Assembly: GCA_963663275.1 (NCBI GenBank) | Contig: OY760183.1 | Span: forward strand, 1,792,001 to 1,856,000 | Direction of reading: 5' to 3' | From: Chloroflexota bacterium | GTDB lineage: Bacteria > Chloroflexota > UBA11872 > VXOZ01 | DNA length: 64,000 nucleotides | Shown here: positions 40,448 to 50,269 of the stretch, one piece after another | Layout of the letters: every line of letters begins with the position of its first letter | Numbering within the stretch: the stretch's first letter is position 1 | Notes under the pieces: model-generated | Told to the model about the DNA's origin: nothing | The model's input: only the letters and a program-made list of their open reading frames with translations | Database searches by the model: none | Translations under genes and position numbers: made by a program

Positions 40448-41899
40448 CTATGACATAGCCGCGTCGAAGAGCGCGTTGGTCTCCGCCGCCATGTTTTGCA
40501 GCCCTTCCTCCACGCCGACGGCGCCGGCGAAGATCTGGGGCGCCCAGACTCCCATGGGCCCCAGCATCTCGCCCCACGAGACGACGTCGTGCGTGGGCAG
40601 GTTGGTCGTCCACTGGAACATCTCGAAGGCGGCGATGCGGTTGGCGGGGCCGTCGGTGACTGCCGGATCGTAGTAGAGTTGAGCCGAATCGTCCCGCGCC
40701 GGCCGCAGCACGTCCGCCCGCGCCAGAATGTCCTGCGAATCCTTGGTCATCATGTTGGCAAAGATGCCCCAGGTCTGGTCGGGTGTCTTGGTATTGCTGT
40801 TCACGCACCAGCCCACGATGTTGGTCGTGCCGCCCGGATTGCCCGTGTTGGGCGAAGCGGCCACGTAGCCGTAGTCCCAGGTAAAGCCGGAGCCGGGCCA
40901 GGCCTCGTTCAGAAACTTCACGTTGTTGGAGGCCGCCGTCCAGAGAATGACCTGGCCGCTGCCAAAGAGGGCAAATCGGCCGCCGCGGCCTGCCATGCCT
41001 TGGCTCAAGTCCGCGATTTGCTCCCGCGACGGGGACACGCGGTGTTTGAGCGCCAAATCCACGCAGAAGTGCCACGCTTCCGCCGATTCCGGGCTGTCGA
41101 TGACGCAGCGCAAATCGCTGTCCAAGAAGTCGCCGCCGTTGGCGCGCACATAGTTCAGCCAGCCCTGCTCAAGCGCGTCGGGCGCAAACGCGCCGTAGCG
41201 CGTGACGTTGTCGCCCTCGCGCTCCGTGAGCTTGATGGCGTACTCCTGGAGCAGGTCCCAGTTCCAGTCGGTGCCAAGCTCGGACGGTATTGCAAAGCCG
41301 CCCTCGTTGACGGCGTCCTCATTGAAGAGCGTGATGATGCTCGTCATCATGCCGGGCACGCCGAACATCTTCTCGCCCTTGTAGGTGTAGAAGTCGATGC
41401 CGGTCTTCCAGGCATTGGCGGCAAAGTCCTGGGCGATGGGATCGGCCTTGAACTGCGCGGTGATGTCGGCGGGAATCTGCTTGTTGGACCACGCGAAGTA
41501 GTTCACGCTGTTCATCAAGTAGATGTCCGGGCCCGTGCCACCGACGAAGGCCGCTTGCAGATTGTCCCAGTACCCGGAAACCGCTTCCGCGGACACGGTG
41601 ACGTTGGGATTGGCTTCCGAGTAGTTCGCGCCCATCTGTTCCACCGATGCCACCGGGTCCGGCCACCAGACCCAAACTTTGATTTCGGCGGCCTCGGCTT
41701 GGGGCTGCTCGGCGGGTTTTTCGGCTTCCTGTTCGGCGGGCGCTTCCTCGGCCGGCATGGCCGTGCCCGCCTGGCCGCACGCGGCGAGCAAAGCCGCCGA
41801 GAGCGCCGCGCCGCCGCCCGCGAGAACGTGACGGCGTGTCGGTCGAAATCGAGTAGAACGATCAGTTGTTTCCACGATACAGATTTCTCCTCTTGGCAA
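40448..41899 (-). CDS. Sugar-type ABC transporter solute-binding lipoprotein (Tat-like signal)
   Basis: TRRHVL...LLAACG, PDIYL, WNWD; exact start uncertain. Confidence 0.88.
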   Translation of the reverse strand: MPRGEICIVETTDRSTRFRPTRRHVLAGGGAALSAALLAACGQAGTAMPAEEAPAEQEAEKPAEQPQAEAAEIKVWVWWPDPVASVEQMGANYSEANPNVTVSAEAVSGYWDNLQAAFVGGTGPDIYLMNSVNYFAWSNKQIPADITAQFKADPIAQDFAANAWKTGIDFYTYKGEKMFGVPGMMTSIITLFNEDAVNEGGFAIPSELGTDWNWDLLQEYAIKLTEREGDNVTRYGAFAPDALEQGWLNYVRANGGDFLDSDLRCVIDSPESAEAWHFCVDLALKHRVSPSREQIADLSQGMAGRGGRFALFGSGQVILWTAASNNVKFLNEAWPGSGFTWDYGYVAASPNTGNPGGTTNIVGWCVNSNTKTPDQTWGIFANMMTKDSQDILARADVLRPARDDSAQLYYDPAVTDGPANRIAAFEMFQWTTNLPTHDVVSWGEMLGPMGVWAPQIFAGAVGVEEGLQNMAAETNALFDAAMS

Positions 41900-42043
41900 G
41901 TGTCATCTCTGCGCGGGACTTTGCGCGTTCCAGACACCGCGGCGATGCGCCGGATGCCTGCCCCAGGTGCGCGACCTCCTTTCCGCACGGTGGCGGCTGA
42001 GAGTTGACGCTGACTGCCAAGGGCAGTCGCGCCCTATGCTGGT

Positions 42044-42071
42044 ATTATAGACGTGTCATTGCGGTTGTCAA
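42044..42071 (-). promoter_or_regulatory. Consensus sigma70 promoter for the solute-binding protein gene
   Basis: Minus strand TTGACA-N16-TATAAT. Confidence 0.75.
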
Positions 42072-42170
42072 GTGCTTTTACGGCGGGTTTGTCATTGCTA
42101 GGTGGAGAGTCTGTTTAGGCGGTTCCCCTCCGGAAGGCAAAAAGCCTGCAAACTGGGCCCGTTGTCTCCG

Positions 42171-42255
42171 GTAGCGCAGGTTTGTAACCTGCGCGTGCCG
42201 TCGTCATGCCAACGCAGATTGAACTCCGGAGGCGGGGGACAAGCCCCCGCGCTAC
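42171..42255. repeat. REP doublet B + inverted A
   Basis: GTAGCGCAGGTTTGTAACCTGCG at 42171; GCGGGGGACAAGCCCCCGCGCTAC at 42232-42255. Confidence 0.88.
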
Positions 42256-42281
42256 GTTTGATCGGGATTGACGCCAAGGCG

Positions 42282-43337
42282 CTACGCGCGCGGCCAGCGG
42301 GCGGGCAGCGGCGGCATTGCGGGAAACGGCGCGTGGGGCGCGGTCTGGTACCAGTACGCCACCGAGGCGATGTCGTCGGTGAGCGGCTCGAACTTGCGGT
42401 TCAGCCACCAGCCGAGCGCCTGCACGGTCACTTTCAGGTCCTGCTTGAAGCGGATGGGGTCCGGAATGTGCCAGCGGTACATGCCGTGGAGCGGCACTTC
42501 CACCGGGTCCTGGCGGTAGAGCGGATAGCCGAGGAAGGGGGTGGAGAACGTCCGATCGCCAAAGTTCCACGCCCCGCCGAAGTAGTCCTCGGTGCCGGTG
42601 CCGCAGATCGTGGGATGGTCGGTGTCGCCGTCCAGGTAGAACTTGACCTCGCCCTCGCCCCACCAGCCGTTGGAGAACTGCGACCAAGCAATGAACGTGC
42701 CCACGTACTGCCCCTGTCCTTCAACGCTGTCCAGCAGCACGTGTTCGGGATACTCGCGGGTGGTCATGGAGCGCCGCCACTGGGCGTGGAAGTAGGCGGC
42801 GTGCTCGGGCACAGGCGCCAAAGCGTAGGTTATCTGGTAGTAGAAACCGGGGATCTCTTCCCAATACTCGTTCTCGATGGTGATGCGGGCGCTGCGGCGG
42901 AAAGGCATGGGCCAGTAACAATTGAAACCGCCCGTGGGATTCACGGCAATGGGCAGGGAGTTCACGTCATAGCGCAAGCCGTGGCCGTTGCAGAAGAAGT
43001 CTCCCAGCGGGACCTCGACGGAGGGAGTCTCTTCGCCGTCCCAGTAGCAGCGCAGAACCGTGCTGCGGTAGGCCTGAGGCCGCACGGTGAGCCAGATGTG
43101 CTGGATAGTACCGGGCCCTTCGATCTCGGCCAGCGTAGTCGTAGACTGCGGCGGCAGTTCGATCTTGGGCCGCACCTTCCAGCCCGGCCCCAACAGCGAG
43201 GCCGCGTGGTTTTCGTCAGGTACCGCCTTCGCGCCGCCGCCGCGTTCGCCGTTCGGATTCTCCGCCGATATCGAGCGCGTCTCGACATCCGAGAGCAGCG
43301 CGATACTGTGCAATCCCGTATGCAGTCCGTCGAACAT
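42282..43337 (-). CDS. DUF2961 / glycoside hydrolase family 172-like protein
   Basis: RSISAENP.GE.GGG, GPG.IQHIW, PLGDFFC, WWGEGEVKFY, GTGTEDYF, SVAYWYQ. Confidence 0.9.
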   Translation of the reverse strand: MFDGLHTGLHSIALLSDVETRSISAENPNGERGGGAKAVPDENHAASLLGPGWKVRPKIELPPQSTTTLAEIEGPGTIQHIWLTVRPQAYRSTVLRCYWDGEETPSVEVPLGDFFCNGHGLRYDVNSLPIAVNPTGGFNCYWPMPFRRSARITIENEYWEEIPGFYYQITYALAPVPEHAAYFHAQWRRSMTTREYPEHVLLDSVEGQGQYVGTFIAWSQFSNGWWGEGEVKFYLDGDTDHPTICGTGTEDYFGGAWNFGDRTFSTPFLGYPLYRQDPVEVPLHGMYRWHIPDPIRFKQDLKVTVQALGWWLNRKFEPLTDDIASVAYWYQTAPHAPFPAMPPLPARWPRA

Positions 43338-43367
43338 GATTCTAACTTTCTCCCCTCTTGCCCAGTC

Positions 43368-43451
43368 GTAGCGCGGGGGCTTGTCCCCCGCCTCCGAATC
43401 CCTACCGGTCTCGGCATGACGGCGGCGGCGCAGGTTGCAAACCTGCGCTAC
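43368..43451. repeat. REP doublet A + inverted B
   Basis: A at 43368-43391; B at 43428-43451. Confidence 0.88.
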
Positions 43452-43585
43452 CGGATTGAGACCGTTTCTCTTCACATTTATGACGGCTCTTGGGTCACAC
43501 GTACCTGTGACCGGACACTTGGGCCTGTCGCGCTCCGCGCTTCGCTCCAATCCATCCGGCTATGCAGAAGAAAACGCCAAGGCGC

Positions 43586-44932
43586 TCATGCAACGCGCAA
43601 TGAATCGAGCAACGCGAGCGCCGTATTCTCCATCGCCTGGGCCGTGCCGGGGCCGCCGATGGCGGAGCGTGAGGGCCAGGTTTCGTACGCGCCGAGGGCG
43701 AGTTGCTCATCGGTGGCGACGTAGCCGAGGTAGTCGTTCGCCAGGCTCATGACGAATTGCGGCGCGAACGGCGAATCGGCTTTGACGGCAAGGCCGATCT
43801 CCACGAAAATCTCGCCCGGCAGCGCGGCAAAGCCGGCCGGGCCGACGCGCAGCGCCTGGATCGTCGAGGCGAGAGTCTCGGGCATGGCGTGCAGCGCCTT
43901 GATCTCGCGGGCGTAGGCCGGCGCCCAGCGCGGGTAGATTGGCTGGCCGGTCACCGCCGAGAACGGCCCCTCGGTATACGTGTAGCCGCCGTGCAGGATC
44001 TTCTCCGCGATTTCCACGTCCGCGCCGGTGGTCCGCTTGCGGGGAAAGTCGAACGCGCCGGCCGCCGCGTCCAGCGTCACCCGGTCGCGCATCTCCATCA
44101 GTTGGATTTCCGCCAGCGCGTGCCCGGCCAGCACCTTCGCCATGCGCACCGCCTGGGCGTGGCCCCGGTGCGGCCAGGGCCTGAACACGTTTGTGTTATT
44201 GATGTTGCCGGACGCGCCGTTGAAGAGCAGTCCCACCGTTTGCGGTCCCAGCAGTCGCCGCACGGCCTGGAAGAAGTGTCCGAAGTAGTCGGCGGAGATT
44301 TCCGCGCCCGTATCCGTGCCCACGTAGTGGAGCGCGTAGTTCCCCAGCACGGCGAGCGGTTGACCCGCATGGCTTTCCACGTAGCAGAGGGTAAATTCCG
44401 GATCCGTAGGGCCGGCGGGTTTGACCACGTCCGGATTGCCGACGCCGGGATTGAAGTGCACCTGGCCGTTGCGCATGTGGTAGCGGCGGTTGAAGACGAT
44501 GCGCGGCTCGGCAACGCTCGCAAAGCCGATGCGCGCCGGCTGCAACCGCTGCACGGCAAGGGCCACCGCGTCGGCGATCTTGCGTACGGCCCAGGCGGTG
44601 TACGCGGTCTGCTCCTCCATGAACCCGATGCTCACGGTGGCTGGCGCGGAATGGGTGTGCGTGGAGGCAATGAGCACGTGGTCCGGCGGTATCTCCGCCC
44701 GCGCCGCGATGCGTTCTTTCACCGCGTCCATCATCGTGCCAGACATCATCGTGAGGTCGCAGAGCACGAACGCGATGCGCCGGTTGCCGTCGTCCAGCAC
44801 CAGGGCTTTGGCCAGCAGGTCGTCGTGGACGGAGCCGGCGTGGGTCACCTCCCGGAACGCGCCGCGCATGGGAATGCCCAGCCAGGGAGTGATAGTGGCT
44901 GTCGCCGCGCCCGCGCGGAGTTGCGTGCTCAT
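43586..44932 (-). CDS. Neutral/alkaline ceramidase-like metalloamidohydrolase
   Basis: HDDLLAKALVL, STHTHSAP, NYALH, ISADY, NGASGN, PGEIF. Confidence 0.82.
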   Translation of the reverse strand: MSTQLRAGAATATITPWLGIPMRGAFREVTHAGSVHDDLLAKALVLDDGNRRIAFVLCDLTMMSGTMMDAVKERIAARAEIPPDHVLIASTHTHSAPATVSIGFMEEQTAYTAWAVRKIADAVALAVQRLQPARIGFASVAEPRIVFNRRYHMRNGQVHFNPGVGNPDVVKPAGPTDPEFTLCYVESHAGQPLAVLGNYALHYVGTDTGAEISADYFGHFFQAVRRLLGPQTVGLLFNGASGNINNTNVFRPWPHRGHAQAVRMAKVLAGHALAEIQLMEMRDRVTLDAAAGAFDFPRKRTTGADVEIAEKILHGGYTYTEGPFSAVTGQPIYPRWAPAYAREIKALHAMPETLASTIQALRVGPAGFAALPGEIFVEIGLAVKADSPFAPQFVMSLANDYLGYVATDEQLALGAYETWPSRSAIGGPGTAQAMENTALALLDSLRVA

Positions 44933-44961
44933 GGTACCCCTCACCCTAACCCTCTCCCCAG

Positions 44962-45108
44962 CTGACAGGGGAATGTATTCTATGGTCCACTTCACGTGTC
45001 ATTCCGAACGGAGCGCAGCGGAGTGAGGAATCTAAAGCGCCGACCTGCAAGACCAGCATCTTTAGATTCCTCGCTGCGCTCGGAATGACATTTACGTACG
45101 CTTGTCAG
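44962..45108. mobile_element. MITE-like element with CTGACA ends carrying a family D repeat, inserted in a family C hairpin
   Basis: Flanks CCTCTCCCCAG (44951-44961) and CCTTTCCCCAG (45109-45119) form an 11-bp duplication with one mismatch. Confidence 0.65.
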
Positions 45109-45384
45109 CCTTTCCCCAGGGAGTTTGAATACTTTGCCTGTCGATGCGGCAATGAGTAGGATACCATGAATGCCATCGAGCGCGGCTGCGCAACGCGGGA
45201 GTCTGGCCGGTGCCGCCGCATAGCGGCAGGTTGGCAGGTTTGGTACTCTGGAAGAGGAGAGTCATCCGCGGGGATGACTGCCGGTTTTCACAGGAAACGA
45301 CTTTGACGATAGCCAAGAACGCCCAGCCGGTGCGATGCGCTCGCCGGCCAGTTGGATGCGCGGCTGAAAGGAATGACTAAGGGT

Positions 45385-46359
45385 ATGGCAGTTTCATATC
45401 ACGACGTGGTCGTCATCGGCGCGGGGCCGGCGGGGTTGTGCGCCGGGCTCTACACGGCGCGGGCGCGGCTGGATACCGTGATTCTGGAAAAGATGGCGCC
45501 CGGCGGCCAGCTTATCAACACCTCGTTGATTGAGGACTATCCAGGATTCGAATCCATCGACGCCGCCGACCTGATTCAGAAGATGGTCTCGCACACCCAG
45601 GCGTTCGGCGCGCAGATTCTGACGGCGGAAGTGGCGGAAGTCTTCACGGACGGCTGGCAGAAGGTGGTGCGCACCACGGACGGCGACGAGTACCGCGCCG
45701 GGGCCGTGATCGTCTCCTCCGGCGGTTCGCCGACGGCGCTGAACATCCCCGGCGAGTTCGAGTACGCGGGCCGGGGTGTTTCGTACTGCGCGGTGTGCGA
45801 CGGCGCGTTCTTCCGCGACCGGGTGATTACGGTGGTCGGCGGCGGCGACTCGGCGGTGGAAGAGGGCCTCTTCCTCACGCGCTTTGCCAGCAAGCTCTAC
45901 CTGGTGCACCGGCGCGACAAACTGCGCGCCCAGCAGATTATTCAAGACCGCTTCATGGCCGCCGCCAATACCGAGATCATCTGGGATACGGTGGCCGACG
46001 AGATCATTGGCGACGACGGCGCGGTCACCGGCATGAAACTGCGCAACGTGAAGACGGGCGAGGAATGGGTGCACGAGACCGGCGGCGTGTTCATCTTCAT
46101 CGGGTTCGATCCCAACACCGACTTCATCAAGGATGACGTACAGCGCGACGAGAACGGCTACCTGATCGGCGGCTTGCACATGGAGACCGACGTGCCGGGA
46201 CTGTTCATCGCCGGAGACGTGCGCACCCAGTTGACCAAGCAGATTACGACCGCCGTGGGGGACGCGACGACCGCGGCCGTGGCCGCGACGCACTACCTGG
46301 AAGACCTGTACGCCACCGTGCCGCGTCCGGAGACGGCGGTAACTGAGGTTTCCGCTTGA
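45385..46359 (+). CDS. trxB: Thioredoxin-disulfide reductase
   Basis: IGAGPAGL, GRGVSYCAVCDG, GGGDSAVEE, QITTAVGD. Confidence 0.96.
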   Translation: MAVSYHDVVVIGAGPAGLCAGLYTARARLDTVILEKMAPGGQLINTSLIEDYPGFESIDAADLIQKMVSHTQAFGAQILTAEVAEVFTDGWQKVVRTTDGDEYRAGAVIVSSGGSPTALNIPGEFEYAGRGVSYCAVCDGAFFRDRVITVVGGGDSAVEEGLFLTRFASKLYLVHRRDKLRAQQIIQDRFMAAANTEIIWDTVADEIIGDDGAVTGMKLRNVKTGEEWVHETGGVFIFIGFDPNTDFIKDDVQRDENGYLIGGLHMETDVPGLFIAGDVRTQLTKQITTAVGDATTAAVAATHYLEDLYATVPRPETAVTEVSA

Positions 46360-46542
46360 ACCTTGGCTTGGGGCCAGGGGACGGCGCGTGCGGCGGTTTG
46401 CGTGAGCACGCGCTCTTGCCGCCGCGCCCGCCGGCCGCTAGCGGCGTGACCGAGGCGCGGCGGGCGTTCTATAATGAAACGGAACGTTTGGGGGAGTGGC
46501 GCCGGTCGATGGCGGCGCAACGTAAGATGGCGCCGCGTAAAC

Positions 46543-46660
46543 GTAGCGCGGGGGCTTGTCCCCCGCCGGAGCGAGAGGAACGGATACGCAACGTTGGCCA
46601 TGCGGAGACGCAGGTTGGAAACCTACGCTACCGGAGACGCAGTTTGAAAACCTACGCTAC
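46543..46660. repeat. REP doublet A + two inverted B copies
   Basis: A at 46543-46566; B at 46609-46631 and 46638-46660. Confidence 0.85.
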
Positions 46661-46816
46661 CGGAGGCATGAGGCGGAGTTTTCATTGCCATTGCGATTTT
46701 GGCGTCTCTTCGCGCCGCTGCGACAGCATTAATGGTGTCCCTGTGACATCCCAACTGACGTAAAGAAGCCGTTAGCCCTAACACATTGGAATTCTAACCG
46801 ACAATAAGGAGAGGAC

Positions 46817-47440
46817 ATGCTCATACCCTACGTCATCGAGACGACGAACCGCGGCGAACGCGGCATGGATATTTTTTCCCGGCTACTGCGGGATCGGATT
46901 ATCTTTCTGGGCACGCCGGTGGACGATAACGTGGCGAATAGCATCATCGCCCAGATGCTGCTGCTATCGAGTGAAGACGGCGACGCCGACATTGGTCTTT
47001 ACATAAACTCGCCCGGCGGCAGTGTGCATTCGGGGCTGGCAATCTACGACGCCATGCAGTACATCAAGAACGACGTGGCGACCTATTGCATGGGACTTTC
47101 CGCCAGCATCGCCGCCCTGCTGCTGGCCGGCGGCACGTCGGGCAAGCGGTATTCGCTGCCCAATTCGCGCATGTTGATTCACCAGCCGTGGACGCAAGCC
47201 TCGCGGCCCTTGCAGGCGACGGATCTGGAAATCGAGGCGCGGGAAATCCTGCGCACCCGCAACCAGGTGAACTCCATCATCTCGCAGCACACCGGGCAGG
47301 AACTCGCCAAGATCGAGCGAGACAGCGAGCGCGACTTCTGGATGGACGCCGAAGAGGCGAAGGAGTACGGGCTGATCGACGACGTCCTGCCCGCCGCCGT
47401 CGGCGTCCCGCAAAAGGACGGGGTGGGCAGCCTGGATTAG
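46817..47440 (+). CDS. clpP: ATP-dependent Clp protease proteolytic subunit
   Basis: [31 protein letters not shown]. Confidence 0.97.
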   Translation: MLIPYVIETTNRGERGMDIFSRLLRDRIIFLGTPVDDNVANSIIAQMLLLSSEDGDADIGLYINSPGGSVHSGLAIYDAMQYIKNDVATYCMGLSASIAALLLAGGTSGKRYSLPNSRMLIHQPWTQASRPLQATDLEIEAREILRTRNQVNSIISQHTGQELAKIERDSERDFWMDAEEAKEYGLIDDVLPAAVGVPQKDGVGSLD

Positions 47441-47476
47441 GGCCGTTCCAGCGCGTGACAACAAAGGAGTACCGCA

Positions 47477-48796
47477 TTGCCAAGCCGTCGTGACAATCGA
47501 GGCCAGTACCGTTGCTCATTCTGCAACAAGGCGCAGGAAGAGGTGCGCCGGCTGATCTCCGGCCAGAACGGGGTGTACATCTGCGACGAGTGCGTTGACC
47601 TCTGCCGCGAACTGATCCACGAGGAGCAGGCGTCCGCTTCCCAACGCAAGAGCAGCGCGGGTCCGCCGCGCCTGCTGAGCCCCCGGGAGATCCACGAGTT
47701 CCTGAACCAGTACGTGGTGGGCCAGGAGCACGCGAAGAAGGTGCTGTCGGTAGCGGTCTACAATCACTATAAGCGCGTGAAGAGCGGCGAGAGCAACAAC
47801 GAGGTGGAGTTGGGCAAGAGCAACGTGCTCCTGATCGGGCCTACCGGCTGCGGCAAGACGCTGCTGGCGCGCACGCTGGCGCGCATTTTGGGCGTGCCCT
47901 TCTGCATTGCCGACGCCACCTCGCTTACCGAAGCGGGCTACGTGGGCGAAGACGTGGAAAACATCCTCCTGCGCTTGATTCAGGCCGCGGACCACGACAT
48001 CAGCGCGGCGGAGCGCGGCATTGTCTTCATCGACGAGATCGACAAGATCGCACGCAAAGCAGACAATCCTTCGATAACGCGGGACGTTTCCGGTGAGGGC
48101 GTGCAACAAGCTTTGCTGAAGATCATCGAAGGCACGGTGGCGAACGTGCCGCCGCAAGGCGGGCGCAAGCATCCCCACCAGGACTTCATCCAGATCGACA
48201 CCACCGACATACTCTTCATCTGCGGCGGCGCGTTCGAGGGTCTGAACGAGGTCATCGCCAAGCGGGTCGGCAGCAACCGGCGCGTCGGCTTTGGCGCGAT
48301 GGACGCCGCGGAGCGGGCGGAAGAGGAGAAGAATCTTCTGCGCCAGCTTTCGCCGGACGACCTGCTCAAGTACGGCCTCATTCCTGAGTTCGTGGGCCGT
48401 CTGCCGGTGACGGTGGGCCTGGACGCCCTGACCCACGACGAGTTGATCCAGGTGCTGACCGAGCCGCGCGACGCGCCGGTCCGCCAGTACCAACACCTGT
48501 TTGCCATGGACGACGTGGCGCTCATCTTCCAGGACGACGCCCTGGAGGAAGCGGCGCAGATGGCCCAGAGTTTGACCACCGGCGCGCGGGCGCTGCAAAC
48601 GATCATGGAAGAGGCACTGCTGCACGTGATGTACGATCTGCCGTCCCGCAACGACGTGCGCGAGGTGATCGTGACGGCGGACGTGATCGGCAAACGCGCG
48701 CAACCGCTGCTGGTGGCGTCCGATGCCAAGCACTCCGGCGCGGCGGACGAGCACGATGCGACGCTGCTGGATGAGGATACGTCGGCTACGGCCTAG
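47477..48796 (+). CDS. clpX: ATP-dependent Clp protease ATP-binding subunit
   Basis: CSFC...ICDEC zinc finger, [32 protein letters not shown]. Confidence 0.98.
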   Translation: MPSRRDNRGQYRCSFCNKAQEEVRRLISGQNGVYICDECVDLCRELIHEEQASASQRKSSAGPPRLLSPREIHEFLNQYVVGQEHAKKVLSVAVYNHYKRVKSGESNNEVELGKSNVLLIGPTGCGKTLLARTLARILGVPFCIADATSLTEAGYVGEDVENILLRLIQAADHDISAAERGIVFIDEIDKIARKADNPSITRDVSGEGVQQALLKIIEGTVANVPPQGGRKHPHQDFIQIDTTDILFICGGAFEGLNEVIAKRVGSNRRVGFGAMDAAERAEEEKNLLRQLSPDDLLKYGLIPEFVGRLPVTVGLDALTHDELIQVLTEPRDAPVRQYQHLFAMDDVALIFQDDALEEAAQMAQSLTTGARALQTIMEEALLHVMYDLPSRNDVREVIVTADVIGKRAQPLLVASDAKHSGAADEHDATLLDEDTSATA

Positions 48797-48809
48797 AGAC
48801 GCGACAAGG

Positions 48810-49505
48810 CTAACCGGCCCACTGGCTGAAGAATACCGTCCGCTCTTTCAGCGGCTGCGTCGGGCGGGAATTGTGCGGATAGAGCGTCGCAAACCGGTCA
48901 AGCTGCACAGGGGAAACCGCCACTGGTTCCCGCAGAACGAACCAGCGCACGCCTTCGGTGCACGGCGGCGTGGTGAGCGAACCGTGGTAACTATAGTAGG
49001 AGAGGTCCGCCGGCAGCAGGTCGGCGGCGTTGACCGCGGTGTTGGAGACCAGCCGCCGCTCGCCTTTCCTTGCCGGCATGTGCGCCCATACCGGCTCCAG
49101 CGCCTCGTTCCGCCCGCCCGCCGTCAGGAAGACGCCGACCACGGCGAGTCTTCCGGCGGCGTCTTGGTGCACCAGGTGCAGTTCCATCTCGGCAGGAATG
49201 CCGTCAACCGTGTGCTCGCTCGAATGGTGGAAGTGGAACTGCCGCAGCGTGAATTGCCCGCCGCCGCTGACGAGCGTGCTGCCGGGCGCATAGTCTACCT
49301 GGATCGTGTGCCCGTTGTTGATGACCGCCAGCGGCGCGGAGGCGTACCAGAACGTCAGGTCGTGCGGTTGCGCTTGCGCGTCGCTCGTCAGGTCGATTGG
49401 CGACTGCGCCGCGCCGCACTTGCACGCCGCGAACGCCGGGGAGAGGTCGCCCCAATTAGCCGGGCCGGTGTCGTCCGTATAGTCCCAATGTGTGGATTCC
49501 ATCAC
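48810..49505 (-). CDS. Alpha-class carbonic anhydrase
   Basis: QSPID, NNGHT, QFHFH, SEH, ELHLVH, GSLTTPPCTEGVRW, RPTQ. Confidence 0.95.
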   Translation of the reverse strand: MMESTHWDYTDDTGPANWGDLSPAFAACKCGAAQSPIDLTSDAQAQPHDLTFWYASAPLAVINNGHTIQVDYAPGSTLVSGGGQFTLRQFHFHHSSEHTVDGIPAEMELHLVHQDAAGRLAVVGVFLTAGGRNEALEPVWAHMPARKGERRLVSNTAVNAADLLPADLSYYSYHGSLTTPPCTEGVRWFVLREPVAVSPVQLDRFATLYPHNSRPTQPLKERTVFFSQWAG

Positions 49506-49708
49506 TTTCCCGCCATGGCTTCAATGGGAAGTATTCGAAGCTCGTGCAAGTTCCCGCCATAGGACGCGAGACCGGCTGCGGCGCCGAGTCGCATTGAGCA
49601 GACTGCTGCTGCGATGATCGGCGCGCGGAGCAACTGTGCGCGCCGGAGATTCCCCGTGCCTTGTCGCGGGTACAATGGGGCAAAGAAGATAGGCTGCTGC
49701 CGGGCCGT

Positions 49709-50095
49709 TCAGCGCATAGGCGGCGCCGGCGCCAGAGGCAGCAACTTCTCGATCAGTCGAGCCACGTGGTCAATGCCGCCCCGAACTGACTCAACGGTCT
49801 GCGCGTCTTCATAGAAGTTCTGATGCAGCGAGTTTGCCTCTCGAAACAGAGCAAGCACCTCAGAGTCCGCGATCTCGATACTGATCCGGGTGACGTTCTG
49901 GAAGAGATGCGCGTGCGTTCGATGCTCCCACCCTCGAAACTCAGCGATGGCTTTCACGGCGTGCGCCGCCGCTCCCCACGCTTTCTCCGAGGCCTGCGGC
50001 GCATCGCCTTGATCAAGCTCCACTTGCGCCTGAAGAATCAGGGACCGGCTGCGGCTGGCATACTTCACGACGGACTCATCTCTGCCGTTGTTCAT
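49709..50095 (-). CDS. PaREP1-like (HEPN superfamily) protein
   Basis: QASEKAWGAA.HAVKAIA, LHQNFYE. Confidence 0.8.
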   Translation of the reverse strand: MNNGRDESVVKYASRSRSLILQAQVELDQGDAPQASEKAWGAAAHAVKAIAEFRGWEHRTHAHLFQNVTRISIEIADSEVLALFREANSLHQNFYEDAQTVESVRGGIDHVARLIEKLLPLAPAPPMR

Positions 50096-50269
50096 TCCTC
50101 GCCGTTCCTTATTGCTTGCGGGATTGCGGCTACGCTCTCAAGTCGGCATGGGAAACTGATTGCATGGTATCCCGCCTTGCGGTTAGTAGTCAACACGTTT
50201 ACCGCCGGGGTGATTGCGTTCACGGGGGATAGGCGGCAGAAGGGAACGACAAGAGAGTCAAGTCTCCAC

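Noticed and set aside
46772-46797. CIRCE (HrcA) operator upstream of clpP
   Set aside because: TTAGCCCTA-N8-GAATTCTAA has two mismatches per arm and an 8-bp rather than 9-bp spacer
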